This document shows, one piece after another, positions 48,895 through 61,295 of a stretch of DNA of 64,000 nucleotides. Position 1 is the first letter of the stretch. Each line of letters starts with the position of its first letter. The notes beneath the pieces are model-generated. The model saw nothing but the letters and a program-made list of their open reading frames with translations, had not been told where the DNA came from and searched no databases. Source of the stretch: Blepharisma stoltei ATCC 30299 (taxonomy: Eukaryota; Protista; Ciliophora); NCBI GenBank assembly GCA_965603825.1, contig CBFDEM010000001.1, positions 434,001 to 498,000 on the forward strand. Reading direction: 5' to 3'. Made by a program: the position numbers and the translations under genes.

Positions 48895-48960
48895 GGTAAT
48901 TTTTTATAATATTTAATTTAAAGAATTTTTGCAAAAAATTAATTAAATGGTTTGTTTAAA

Positions 48961-50154
48961 TTATATTAATTGGTAATATAAATCTGCGATTGTCCCTGTC
49001 ACAGTGTCAGTTTTGTTGCTTTTATAAGCTGTTATCTGAGAATTGAAGAACTCGATTGCGACATCGCCTTCTCCTTGCTCACTCAGAATGCAATTTTTGC
49101 AGCGAAAAGTAGGAGAACCTTGAATTTGGAAAAATAATGTGTAAATTGTGTTAGCCTGCAAAATCACAGGGCTTTTCAATGGGATTTTAAACGTTGAATT
49201 CCCTGTGTATTCCATATAAACTGATTGAGGGTGTGTGTATATCAAAGGGCAATTTGTCCCAGGCCCATCGTAAATGCAGAAACTCTTTACACAATTGCAG
49301 CCTTTTTCTTTATATGGGCTGCAAATCCCTACAGCTCTTAACAAAATTGGCTTAGAGACCCTCAGACTGATTGCGTCAACTCGTTTGCCGTTGTATTTTC
49401 ATTTAGTTCCCCATGGCATTCGTGATCTAGATATTTTGTGTTCATTTTTGAATAACAGAGAAGTCTCAATATTATTTTCTATCAATTTTGACACAATTTT
49501 ATCAGGAATTGCCACTTCGACCCTTGATTTCAATGAAGCGTCAATTTCTTGAAGTTTCAAACTCGGCCGCTTCAATTCAAAAGCTTTTTTAAGTCTAAGC
49601 AGAGGGTTTGTCTCAGAATTAACAGCTTCTTTAAAAGCCATATATAATTCCTGCTCTTTTTCAATTATGGTAATAATTTCCTTAACATTATTTTGCAGTT
49701 CCTCAAATCTTTCAGCGTTTTCTGTGTCTAAAATTTCTTGTAATTCTTCTTCTCTATCAATTAGTGCATGTTTTAATTTATTTGCAGCACTAATCAATTT
49801 CATATCAGTCATAATTTTCTGCTCTAGATTTTGATTGTTCAATGGGATGTTTTGCAGATTTATAAAGGATTTTATGGAATTTTGCCATGAAATTACTTCA
49901 TTTAGGTTCCCAAAAGATAGAGTAAGCTTTGTTTTTTGTGTAAGAACGACCAAAGTGAAATATTTTCCGTCTTTTTTGTCAGCTGGGCAGACAGTAACTA
50001 TTTCATTGATCGGAATTTGCATTAGAAGCTTGGAGCTTGGTGTGTAGTCTCTAAAGAATGAAAGATAAGCGGAATTTAAGGTTGCCCACTTCCATTCCCA
50101 GCGCCGAAAATATTTAGATCGAGTCTCCAGTCATCCTTCTTTAATTATTTCCAT
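48961..50154 (-). CDS. PH-domain / coiled-coil / PHR-domain protein (397 aa)
   Basis: MEIIKEG[TGA]L...W..W PH start and ISWQNSI PH end; [TGA]KYNGKRVDAISLRVSKPILLRAVG and TGTIADLYY match PHR. Confidence 0.82.
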
Positions 50155-50402
50155 TTATATTAGGCGAAAATATTTTGATAAATGGGTTTTTTAATCTGCC
50201 ATTTTTATTATTTATAAAGTAGCCAAAAACCTAGAGAATAAAAGATTTTTTAAAATTCAAGAAAAAAATCATATAATAAGTTTTATTTTCTTATAAAATC
50301 AATATGCATTATACTGGATTTTTTTAAAAAATCAATAGTTTTTTTGATAAAATTAAAATTCTGTTAAAATGAGTATGGTTAATTTCTTAAAAAAGTTGTT
50401 AA

Positions 50403-51506
50403 TTAAAGCTTTTTAATAATCTGCACGATATCTTCATCCATCAGCACATGCTCTCTTCCAACTTTCTGCGCATAATGCTTCGCAGACATCCCCCATACAA
50501 GTGCGTACTTAAATTCGCTCATAATACCCCTATGAATCCTATTGCAAAAATCTTCAACTGTACATTTTCTTCTCGGCAGCACTACTGGTGCATCATAATC
50601 TGGCGCAATTCCTTTAGGTTTTGTATATATTCTAAGCAAGTCCAGCATATCCCATATTCTTTCGATCATCCCTGATAAATTCCACTCTTTATCAGCTGAC
50701 ACATAAGCACAATTTGGAAGCCTATTCATAATATTTAAGTCTTCCAAGCTAAGTTCATCGCATTTATTAATGACATATAGGCAAGGAATATAAGCTCTAT
50801 TTCCTTCCAAAACATCAATAAGCTCATCAGCAGTGCATGGAGCCCTTAGAGTGATATCAGCACTGTTCATCCTATATTCTTTACATATCAAATTCACTGT
50901 CTCATCTGACAATCTAGGTGTTGGCACAGTTCTTGTGATAAAAATGCCTCCTTTGTCTTTTTTCCTAACAATGATATCTGGAGGAGTCTTGTTTAGCCTG
51001 ATTCCGAACCCCTCTAATTCCCTTTCAATAATCAGCTTATCTGTAAGAGGCCTTGTCCCATCTAGGACTATGCAAATCAAGTTACAAGTTTTGGCCACAG
51101 CAATGACTTGCTTACCTCTTCCTTTGCCATCTTTGGCGCCTTCGATAATTCCAGGAAGATCTAATAATTGGATTCTGGCTCCTAAGTGTTGGATAACACC
51201 AGGGATACAGGTCAAGGTAGTAAATTCATAAGCTGCCACTTCTGAATATGTCTCTGTAAGTTTGTTAAGAAGGGTTGATTTCCCAACTGATGGGAATCCA
51301 ACCAGCCCCACACGTGCATCTCCTGATTTGCTGACATCGAAGCCTTCACCAGCGCCTTTGCTACCTTTTGTGGCGGATTCTAAGAGTTCGCGGCGAAATC
51401 TGGCGAGCTTGGCTTTCAGTAAGCCTAAATGGTTTTCTGTGGCTTTGTTTTTTTGTGTTCGAGCGATTTCGGCTTCGATTTCAGCGATTTTTTGTGCCGC
51501 ACTCAT
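50403..51506 (-). CDS. DRG1: Developmentally regulated GTP-binding protein 1 (OBG family)
   Basis: [43 protein letters not shown] domain. Confidence 0.93.
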   Translation of the reverse strand: MSAAQKIAEIEAEIARTQKNKATENHLGLLKAKLARFRRELLESATKGSKGAGEGFDVSKSGDARVGLVGFPSVGKSTLLNKLTETYSEVAAYEFTTLTCIPGVIQHLGARIQLLDLPGIIEGAKDGKGRGKQVIAVAKTCNLICIVLDGTRPLTDKLIIERELEGFGIRLNKTPPDIIVRKKDKGGIFITRTVPTPRLSDETVNLICKEYRMNSADITLRAPCTADELIDVLEGNRAYIPCLYVINKCDELSLEDLNIMNRLPNCAYVSADKEWNLSGMIERIWDMLDLLRIYTKPKGIAPDYDAPVVLPRRKCTVEDFCNRIHRGIMSEFKYALVWGMSAKHYAQKVGREHVLMDEDIVQIIKKL

Positions 51507-52071
51507 AATTATTATTAAAATGAAGAATTTTAACCAGGTTATGAGATAGATTGTGAGAAGTAGATTGTAAATAAATTAATAGAGAATTTACTAGAAAATG
51601 GAAAAAGATATAACTGATTGAGATGAGAAGGTTTCTGTGAATTGAGCTATAGATGATAAGATCAAATTGCCGATAAAGCATCCAAGGGATTTGAGCATGA
51701 TTCTAAATTTTCTTTAAAAATGAGTCAAAATTCTTTAATTAAGATTTTCAATGCGAAAGTGAAGGAATAAATCCACAAAAATTAACTGCGTATTTTTCAA
51801 AGCCTGCTAAAAAAACATCAACTTAAAATTTTCTATTTAAAAAGATTCTCAAAGAAGCAAAGGACTGATATTGCATTTCTTCAATTACTCAAGAGATGAT
51901 ATTCTATTAATTTGAAACGTTGAAAAATGCTTAAGCGAATATAAAAATGGAAGCAATGCACGCTGAGTTATTTATTCAGAAAACAATTTTTCTGGGATTT
52001 CTTAACGAAAAACTCTATAAAAAATTATTAAAAGAATAGCTAAATAAATGGGTTATTTATATATATTGAGC

Positions 52072-52749
52072 TTAGCAAGGAATAAAGGAGTAGTCAGGGT
52101 TATGTATATCGCCTCTAGAAGGAATGTGTCGTTTAGGATACTTTGTTGGGATGATTTGTGTAGATTCAACATCAAAATAATTCGAGAAATGATTAGGATT
52201 GTAACTTAATTGTGGGGGTAACATAGATAAGGATAAATTTTCATTGGATTGATTGGTAGAGTTTAATAGAATAGGGTGTGAAGGAATTGGTACAATACAA
52301 CATGGTGGATTTGCTATAGTTGGAGGAGATATAGGCTGAGGAGCTGATACAATAAAGCATGGAGGAGCTTCCATGATTGTGGGAGGAATAGCTTGAGGCG
52401 TAAAAAATGATAAATCAACTATATTGGAATTTGGCAAGTTGAATTTTGGGATTGATAATGTAATATCTATGATTTCGGAATGAATTGGATCTATCTCTGA
52501 AGAGATTAAGGAGTGATCATCATCTGTCTGCATCATTTGATCACAGTTGTTATTAGGGTACATAGCTCCTCTGCATTTTTTACAAAGATCGCTTGGTTTC
52601 AAACTATTCACTTCAGGAATTGCTATTTCAGATGATTCTGAAGGATGACAATTATAACTTTTTGAAATTAAGCTTTCCAAATCTATGATTTGATTTTCTG
52701 TCTCTTTTCTTGTGGTATTTTCTGCTTGACTTTCAATTTCTTCTATCAT
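52072..52749 (-). CDS. Hypothetical Pro/Ser/Ile-rich protein
   Basis: 225-aa ORF with internal repeat IPPTIMEAPPCFIV / SPPTIANPPCCIV. Confidence 0.6.
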   Translation of the reverse strand: MIEEIESQAENTTRKETENQIIDLESLISKSYNCHPSESSEIAIPEVNSLKPSDLCKKCRGAMYPNNNCDQMMQTDDDHSLISSEIDPIHSEIIDITLSIPKFNLPNSNIVDLSFFTPQAIPPTIMEAPPCFIVSAPQPISPPTIANPPCCIVPIPSHPILLNSTNQSNENLSLSMLPPQLSYNPNHFSNYFDVESTQIIPTKYPKRHIPSRGDIHNPDYSFIPC

Positions 52750-52863
52750 AAATTTATAATAAATTTAGACTTTTATTAAATTTAATGGGGGGCATATGGA
52801 AAATTTAATTATTCTAAATTGAGAAAAAAAAATTATATCAGACTTTAGTTATTTTTGCTTATC

Positions 52864-54171
52864 TTAATTATATTTCTCATTAAGCTTGTCTTCAATTTCT
52901 TTAGTGTTCATTATAATCTGCTCAAACTCAGCAATCGAAGTATTTGCAAATGATCTCAATATAAGCTCATATTTCTTTGATTTACTCTGCTTAAACGTAG
53001 GAATCTCTAACGATGCTAACCTTGCCGTGACGATTTTAATAATGATTACCAAAGCTTCAATTTCTGCTTCTAAATTTATGGTATTATCCTGAAGAATTTT
53101 CATGTTTTTTTCTTTTGATTTTGTTGAAAGGATTTGTGATAATGATTTTTTGCCTAACTGCAATTTTTGGTACTGAATTCTGTCACTTTCAAGTTTTGCT
53201 TCAGTCTTTGCTTTGATTTTTTCGAGCTCTTTTTTCCACCCGACTGCTTCTATCATAGCTTCAATATCAATTATTTCCCATCTCGCCCAGTCAAGCAGAA
53301 CAATAAAAGGATTTTTGAATTTTTCTCTTGGGTTAACCTGCAAATCAGGGTTTCCATAAGTTTGTGAATAAAATGTGTTGACTTCATTGATTCCATTAAA
53401 CAGCTGTGCGTGTGAGGCTTCAAAAGAATGGAAATAATCAGTGTTTACTTTGCAAATTTGTTCAAATTTATCTAATACACATTTTCCAGCTTTGAAATAT
53501 TCGTTGGCTTCGTCTATGATTCTTTCATAATTTTCATTATAATCACATGAGGAAAAATTCTTAAAAATTCTTTGGTAATTTCTGGAAATTTCGTCGTAAG
53601 TAGGCTTTTTCAGCTCATTAACTTTTTTATTGAATTCTGAAGGGCCTCTTATAAAGAGCTGAAACTCGTCGGATTCATAAAGAAAACTCATTGATGAAAT
53701 TTTGCTTAAAAATAAGTTAAGTAATTTTTTTCTCTGCTCTATAAATTGTGGCTGGGTAGTTCCCTAAATATAAAATACTAAGTGCTGCTTGCGAGGAACT
53801 GGGGGTATATAGCAGCCTGGCCATGAGTTAGATAAATGCTCCCTAAGAGTTCTAAAATCTTTAAATCTCCTATAATTCTCAAAAGTCCCTGACTTGTCTT
53901 GGCCTTGGATATTATAATAAACATGCTTTTTCAGAAGCTCAGATCTGAGAGTATGCTCATTAATTGCTATTTTTATACTTAAATCTGACTTTTGTTCCTC
54001 TTCTTCATCTTCATCAGGGAGACTTGGCACATTTGGTACTATTGGATATTTAACATCAACTTTTTCCATTGAAGGATAATTTGGCTGATTTCCAGTTTCA
54101 TCAATTAGATCTTCCTCTTTGTATTCAACAACCTTGATTTCCTCCAAAGGATTTATATTTGAGTGTTCCAT
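52864..54171 (-). CDS. PX-domain sorting nexin with BAR-like C-terminus
   Basis: HVYYNI, RRFKDF..LR..L...WPGCYIPPVP.K, intron 53764-53778, FIEQRKKLLNLFL. First ATG at 54171. Confidence 0.88.
53764..53778 (-). other. 15-nt spliceosomal intron
   Basis: GTATTTTATATTTAG; removal completes the PX domain. Confidence 0.88.
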
Positions 54172-54333
54172 AATTACTTTCCAACTATTATTAAACACCC
54201 AATATCATAGCCTTTTTTCTAATATTATGTCAACACATAATACTATTATAAGCATTCTTTTCTTGCCTAATATTCCTCCTAAAAAATTAAATTTTTGATA
54301 ATTATAAAAATTTCTTTAAAATATCACAATTAC

Positions 54334-55245
54334 TTAAACAGACGAATCTTTATAGCTTTTAAGTTTTCCTAACGAATATATCATTGCCCCTGTCGTACTA
54401 CACAATAATCCTATTAAAAATAAAGGACTTAAAACAACATCTCCAAACGCTACTAGTCCCACAAACATCGAGCAAAGGTCTTTTACATTCCCAGTTATTG
54501 TCGTTGCCATTGGGGAGTTATAAGTTGTGCAGAGTGTGATTGAAAAGTTGCACAAAAGCCCTACAAAAGAAGACGCTGACAGTCAAAACACAAAATTCCA
54601 CGTCTTAGTTAGCGGATTTAAGGCTACATCGACATATTCTTCCTGTGTATAAACCCCAACCATGACGATTGGCAATGATAAAACTGCTGTATAATAAAAT
54701 TGTGATAAAGCATCTAGCTTATCATTTTTTTGTTTTAATTTATTCATAAGCTGTAATTGAAGAGCACACATCACATCTGATAGTAAAACGAAAAATAGTC
54801 CTATGAAACTTAATGTAAGGTCATTACAGCCTGCTATTAAAGCACCAGCTGTAATAAAAATGACCCCTAAGGTGCTTCATAGGTCGACAGGCTTACGTAA
54901 GACAAAAATATCTATTGAGTATATCATGGCTGTAACTAGTTTTCTCAACGCAACATACATAGGAAGATTTGTATAGGCCATCCCAATTAGTCCTAGCACA
55001 ATGTTGCCTATAAATGCTAAAGATACATGGATAGTCTCAAAAGCCTGATCTATGTGAAACCTAGGAAGTGACTTGTAAATCCCATAATACCTTGTAGCTT
55101 CAATCACAAATACAGAGAGAAAATACTGAGCGAAAAGCATAAGAAAAGTGCAGCGGAATTCGTATAGACTTATCATGACTTTGTTGGACAAGTTCATCAT
55201 TGTGGCTGTGATGCCGTAAAAGATACATATTAGTAATGGTCTCAT
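54334..55245 (-). CDS. Nucleotide-sugar transporter, SLC35D-like (303 aa)
   Basis: NK, NLPMYVALRK, CTTYNSPMATTITGNVKD; multi-TM; TGA at 54877 and 54583 read through. Confidence 0.88.
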
Positions 55246-55372
55246 TTATAACTTTTCCATTTTATATTACGTGTTAAGCTGAAGAAAAGTTATTTTTAAT
55301 TATTCCCAATTTTTATAAGAATAATCATATTAATATATTGGGGAATTTACAGCTACTTAAAATTCATAGTCA

Positions 55373-56887
55373 ATGTCTGGAGAAAAATCTGAAAAACTTG
55401 CTATTGATGCAAATAAAGCTGCTATAGTCTACCTAAAAGAAGGAGAGCTTAACAAGTGCTACGATTTATTGAAAAAAGCAGAAAATGCGTTAATCACATG
55501 CCCTTTCAAAAATTCCAAACAATTGTTAGGGACCACATGAAATAATTTAGGCTGCTTTTATAAGAAAACTGAGAATTATAATGCGGCTTTGTATTATTTT
55601 CGAAAATCCTTGGAAATCGGGATAAAAGAATCAGTTGACCCAGGGAATATCGCTTCGACTCATCTAAATATGTGCACGATTTTATCACGTCAAGGAAACC
55701 ATGAGCCAGCGATTGGCCATGCAAAGCAAGCAATGGAGATTTTGATACCATTATATGATAAAAGGCCAGAATTAATTGCTAATTTGGTGCTGTCGTATTT
55801 TAATGCAGCTGTTGAATATGAACATATGAATTTTAGGACTGAGTCTATTGAATATTATAAGCTTGGGCTGGAAATTGCCCAGAAATATATGGGAGCTAAG
55901 CATCATTTAACGAGCACTTTGAAGAAAAATCTAGACAGGGTTATGACAGCTAAGAGAAATACGGCAAACAGAGTGAGGTCGATTGATCGATCTATTTCTC
56001 CTATAGAAGATGAAAATTCTTTTAGTAGGAGATGAAGAAATAGCAAATATCTGAAAAACATTGACGATGAAGACGCAATCGGAAATCTTCCAACCTCATT
56101 GAGTGTGAAATCTCACAAGAACTCACAAAAAAATCAATTTACTATGTACAGAAGACGGCAAAGTCTAAATAAATGGAGCAGCCATAGAGCAAGCCCAAAT
56201 AAATTTGATTTTGATGAATTTTTTCCGGCAGAAAAACCGAAATACGTACCGAAAATACAGAAAAATTTTGAAAATAGTTTAGATCCTGCCAGTGGCAGGG
56301 TAAGAAAAAATAGAGAGAAAAGCAATAAACAATTGAATAGGAAACCTTCTACTTTGAAAATAGAAGCCCCAAAAATAATTCTGACAAAAGCAGAGTATGA
56401 AGACGGAGGAAAGTTTTTACAAGATATACAGTATAGAAAGAAAGAGTTATATCTGAGTAAATGTGATTTTAAAAAGCATCTTGAAAATGTGAAAAAAATA
56501 ATAGAGGGAAATTTACAGTCAAATTATTTAGATACACAAAAAAACGGAGCCTTTACATATCATTCAGCTAAGCTTATAGGAAATCCTGAAACTCCGCCTA
56601 GGCCAAGAAAAATTGATTTAAAGCCTCTATTAGAGCAATTTCCACCAAGGTCACCTTTATCAAGATTTGCCAAAGAAAAAGCCCGTGTAACGAAAATCCA
56701 ATCACATGTAAGAAAGCTAATTGCTGTAAAATCATATAAAAACTTAAAAAGCTCAGTTGTAAAAATTCAAAGCTATATAAGAATGTTTCTTATCAGGAAA
56801 CTTTATAAATCAATTTTAAGTGCAGTTGTTTTTATACAATCTGTGTACAGGGGTCATAGAGTAAGAAAGAACCTTAACTATTTATAA
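55373..56887 (+). CDS. TPR-repeat protein with C-terminal IQ motifs (504 aa)
   Basis: ATG at 55373; T[TGA]NNLGCFY, THLNMCTILS, SYFNAAVEYE; IQSHVRK, IQSYIRMF, IQSVYRG. Confidence 0.85.
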
Positions 56888-57062
56888 CATATTTTATCAC
56901 TTAATTAAAAAAATCACATAATAAACAGATTCTATATTTAGCCTAATAAATTATGCCATTGCTACAATTCATAAAGCTCCTAAAATATTGCTATTAATTT
57001 AGCACAATCAAATTAATTATTTCTCCTAATTATAAATAAATATTTTCTTTTCATATTATGTT

Positions 57063-57983
57063 TTACGCAGCTGGCTCAAATAAATTCAAAAAGTCTCCAT
57101 CTAAAGATGACTGAAAAGCAGCTTTCACAGCTTTATAAGATGGAGGCCTTTGCTTTCCAGATTTAGCTTCAATTACATGTGCACTAAAAATCCTCCTATT
57201 ATACTTCTCATCCCTATTCAAAATAATAGGCACATCATAAAGCTTATCTGTAAGTGGCTTTTTTATTATATCATTTCCCATAGGAGGCTGTACTTTTTCT
57301 TGCGCTGCAATAATCCTCATTCTTCTAGTCTTTTCATTCTGAGTCTTCGGTCTTGTTACACCTTCATCTCATGCGTGTTCAAATGCTGGGGATCCAGCAT
57401 TTTTTCTGTCAGAATATTGCAATTCACTATTTTCTTGCTGCTCTGCTGGGTGCTTATATGACCAAGTTTTCTCAAACATTTCTTTCGTTGCCAATTCATT
57501 AGGAGGTGTGCAGCTTGATGGAGGAAGATAAAGGCCAGTTGCTTTTGGAGGAGTTTTATGCCTTGAAGGTGGGCGATGTCTTGCCATTTCATTGATTTTT
57601 GTTACCTCTGACGCTCGATAGCCAATAGTTACTGGCCTTTTAAAATCTTCTGTAGGTTTTAAAGCACTAGTTTTTGGATTTTCCTGCATCATTGTAAGCA
57701 ATTTCACTGGAGCTCTTGATATTGAAGAATTTCAACCTGAGCCCCGGATAGAAACCTTATTACTTTTTGGATGGCTTGGAGAGTTCATAGAATTTACTTC
57801 AAATTTGTGAGAACTCACGGGAAGCTTTTTTTGGTAATAAAAATTCCGTTCTGGAAAGCCAGGTGCTGTCCCACCTCTTTTAGCTTCTTCTCTACATTAT
57901 TTTTACAATGGACTAAATGGCCAAATAGAGTAGCCTAGTGAAGAGCCTTCTTTTTGCTTCCTTTGGTTTCCTGTTGAATACAT
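57063..57983 (-). CDS. Hypothetical protein (301 aa)
   Basis: ATG at 57983, intron 57892-57906, two TGA=W; joins ORFs 57369..57707 and 57063..57320. Confidence 0.72.
57892..57906 (-). other. 15-nt spliceosomal intron
   Basis: GTAAAAATAATGTAG; removal deletes an in-frame TAA. Confidence 0.8.
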
Positions 57984-58008
57984 AAAATTAAATTTTATTA
58001 AAATATTT

Positions 58009-58923
58009 ATGTCTCAGTTCGCCACTGAAAATTTTCTTAAAAAAATCGCTGACCTTCAATCAGAAATAAAAATAAAGGAAGCACAGATATATGATCAGCT
58101 GAAAAATCAAAGAAAATTAGAAATTGACTTAGAAGCAATGAAAAAAAGATATAAAGAAAAAGAATATGAAAATCGACGAATTCTAGAAGATAATCATAGG
58201 CTAAGGGCGAGATTTAAAGAAATAGGCACTTTTAATTTTGGAGAAAATAATGAAATTAATGCAGAAATGATGGAGAAAGAAATAATTAGAAGGAATGAAG
58301 AAATCAAGCGGCTTCAAGATCAATTGAAATCACAAGAAAAGGACTTTAAAACGAAGCTTGATGGTGAAACAAGAAGGCTTTCAAAATTAGTAGCAGAAGG
58401 TGATAGAAAACTAATCGAGCTTAAAAAATTCATTAAAAATTCAACAGAACCTAAAGAAGAGAATAATGTTGACCCTCAATTTCTAACAATGCTTTCAGAG
58501 CTAAAAGAAGAAAATAAATTTTTGAAGCAAGAATTAGCTCAAAAGACTATAGATCCTTGCATGGAAGACAGAATTAAAGAGCTTGAAGAAATGCAAGCTG
58601 TAATAATTCAAGAGAACAATAGAATGAAAGAAGAATTACAAAGCTCTTTAAAAGATAAAGGAAGTGGAGCTTATACAATTAGCAGAGAAATTAATAGGAT
58701 ATCCAAAGATGTCCACAGTCTGTTTGAAATTTTGAATGCGTTTATTTCTGGAAAAGAAATCCCAATTAGGTTACTATTAACAGTTCAAGAACCTGATATT
58801 CCTTCTTTATATCAAATGGATAGAGATTTCCAAACAATTAGGAATGATCTCAACGAAATAAGAACAATGATCGCGGATTATCATGCGGAACAGACTGGAA
58901 ACAATATGTGCAATACTCAATAG
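58009..58923 (+). CDS. Coiled-coil protein with CEP85-like C-terminus and CaaX motif
   Basis: Ends IRNDLNEIRTMIADYHAEQTGNNMCNTQ, resembling the CEP85 C-terminus as recalled. Confidence 0.6.
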   Translation: MSQFATENFLKKIADLQSEIKIKEAQIYDQLKNQRKLEIDLEAMKKRYKEKEYENRRILEDNHRLRARFKEIGTFNFGENNEINAEMMEKEIIRRNEEIKRLQDQLKSQEKDFKTKLDGETRRLSKLVAEGDRKLIELKKFIKNSTEPKEENNVDPQFLTMLSELKEENKFLKQELAQKTIDPCMEDRIKELEEMQAVIIQENNRMKEELQSSLKDKGSGAYTISREINRISKDVHSLFEILNAFISGKEIPIRLLLTVQEPDIPSLYQMDRDFQTIRNDLNEIRTMIADYHAEQTGNNMCNTQ

Positions 58924-59067
58924 TGTTTCTCTTCCATTTATTTAATCGATTTATTTAATGTTTTTAATTTACGTAGTAATATTTGGTTTCCTCTGATATC
59001 AGCCAAATTTTAAGAAAAAGAAAATCTATTGAGGATAAGTAGAAAGTAGAAAAGCACTCTTATGAGA

Positions 59068-59141
59068 GCTCCCGTAGCTCAGTTGGTTAGAGCATTGGTC
59101 TTATGAGCCAAAGGTCGCGAGTTCGAGCCTCGCTGGGAGCA
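59068..59141 (+). tRNA. tRNA-Ile (anticodon TAT), intronless
   Basis: Acceptor stem GCTCCCG/TGGGAGC; D-arm TAGCTCAGTTGGTTAGAGC; anticodon arm TTGGT-CT-TAT-GA-GCCAA; T-loop GTTCGAG; discriminator A. Confidence 0.95.
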
Positions 59142-59147
59142 TTTTTT
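59142..59147 (+). terminator. RNA polymerase III oligo-dT terminator
   Basis: T6 run immediately after the tRNA. Confidence 0.75.
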
Positions 59148-59193
59148 ATATCACTATAACCTTTTTTAAAACATTTCTTAATTAAGTAGATTA

Positions 59194-60186
59194 TTAATTC
59201 TCCGCTCTTGAAACAGTAGAAGAACCATCCTCACATGAGTCTTTATGTCTATACAGCATATTATACAAATCTTTCATTGTCCAAGTGCATCTATCCCCTA
59301 GCTCAGTCTCAAATGTATATTGAATCTTAGCAGGCGCTTCTCCGTTCTCATACATTTCTAGTGCTTTTTCCTTTATATGATCCGGAATAAACCTATTTTT
59401 CGCAGTTTTTCTGATTTCTTCACGTGTCAATAACTCATGAGTGTGTTGAAGTTTTCTCGTTGTAATCATTCACTGATTTAATTTTTTCCTCAAAATTATG
59501 TGGCATTTGCACATTTTCTTGATACTTTTTCTATTTCTTCTCTTATCTTGGTCAGTCACTTTCCTCATCCGAACCTTCCCTCTGGCGGAGCATGCGTATT
59601 CTTGATATGCATCTTTTTTGCTGTTTCCTTTGCAAATGTTAAATCCGCACTTTAAAGCGTATTTATTGAATTCTTCAGCTGCATCTTCTAAGGAATCAAA
59701 TAATTTGCCAACTGCAATGCATTCACTGTCAATGGAGGGATCAAATTCTGTTTCTTCCTTAAATAAAGGAGGGAGATCTTTTTTAAGCATATAGATTTGT
59801 GGCTGTATATCTTCTTTTATCTCTTTAAAAGACGACACTAAATGGTTAGTTTGAGGTGTCGAAATTTTAAGTTCGTCTTCAGGCTTTATAATTGGGGTTA
59901 ATTCTGCAGAAGCTATATTAAATTCAGTAGCAATTTTATTAAGAGCTTTTGAGGCTTCTGAAACGTGCTTGCAAATTTTGTCATGTTCGGATTTTGAAAG
60001 ATCTAGATAGGGTTTACCTGATCTTAATGTTGTCGAATCAGCAGGCTCGCGAAGGATAGCAATCAAGTTATTAACGTTATCTATGATACTGTTTAAAGCT
60101 TGAGCTGCTGTCATGTCATAAGAAGGGCATTGGGAATATGTTTCCATGCCACTCCACTTTACTGGGGAATGTGCATACCAGTTCAT
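59194..60186 (-). CDS. FAR1 DNA-binding-domain protein (MULE transposase-derived, no DDE domain; 330 aa)
   Basis: VGKLFDSLEDA..EFNKYA..CGFNI, YACS..G, KKMCKCHI.....NQ[TGA=W]MI.....HTHEL. Confidence 0.8.
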
Positions 60187-60265
60187 TTAAGATACTAACT
60201 TGTAACTATTTTAATTTATTACAGAATTTCTAAAAGAAAATTCTGTTTTTAGGATAACGCAACAA

Positions 60266-61057
60266 TTATTTCTTCATTCTTCCTCTTTGGATTATATCTT
60301 CTTGAAGGTCAGCAAATCTTTGTTTATTGATGCTATCTAGAATTTTTTTCTTTTCATGAAACTCAGCAATTTTCTTTTTCTGAATTTCCATATATATTTT
60401 TCTTTTTTCTTCTTCTTTTCTTATTCATGCAGCTTGCTCCTCTTGCTCAATCTTCGCTTGTTCATACTTTTGTTTCACAACTTCTTTATATTTCTCTAAT
60501 TTATTTTTTTGTGCTTTGTGCTGTTTAAGCCTTTTCAACTCAGAGAGCTCATTCTCTATTTTTTTCATTTCTTCATTATCTTTGATTTTTTGTAATTTTT
60601 CTAACTTTTTCTTAGCTTTTTCTTCTTTATAAATTTCAATTTTTTCAAGAGTTATAAGCTTATTTTTATCAGGGAGGGAGCTGCGTCTTAGAGACGAAGA
60701 TGTTTGAGAAAATCTAGAAGAATTCCCTTTAAACCTGACTGTAAAATCTTTTGGCTGATTATTAATTGATGGGAGTGTGCAATTCATATGATCAATATTT
60801 ATATCTTCCAAAAGATGATTTAAAGGATGCTTTGGTAGGGAGACCATTGGCTCTTGCATATCTTCGATTGAAGAATAATGAGAACAAGGAATTTTCAATG
60901 TGCAAATTATGCAACGACCTTGCTGAGGAAGTGAGTTTTGATAATTCCCCACAGCATATTTGAACTCTTTTCTAGTGAGATCTTCTAAAGCAGTTTTTAA
61001 TTCTAATTTCTTTTGTTTAAGAGCATCAATAAGTACTTTGTCCATCTCAACCGACAT
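60266..61057 (-). CDS. Coiled-coil protein with a small C-x2-C-x5-C-x-H motif (263 aa)
   Basis: GRCIICTLKIPCSHY; read through TGA at 60425 to TAA at 60266. Confidence 0.7.
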
Positions 61058-61295
61058 GGGTAGAATCTATTATGCTTTTAAAAATATTAATATTTCATAG
61101 TTATCAACTACTCCTTATTCATTTTTAGAATACTCTCGCCAACTTTTTCTATCGAATTTTTAAGACCTTATATTTTTTTGCTAATGGCTGATTTTTTCTT
61201 CCAGGAAACTTTGCTCTTTTTCTCTCAAACTAAATTTTAAATAACTAATGCGATAACTTGGAAAATAGTCTCAAAACGCCTTTCAATGTATAAAT

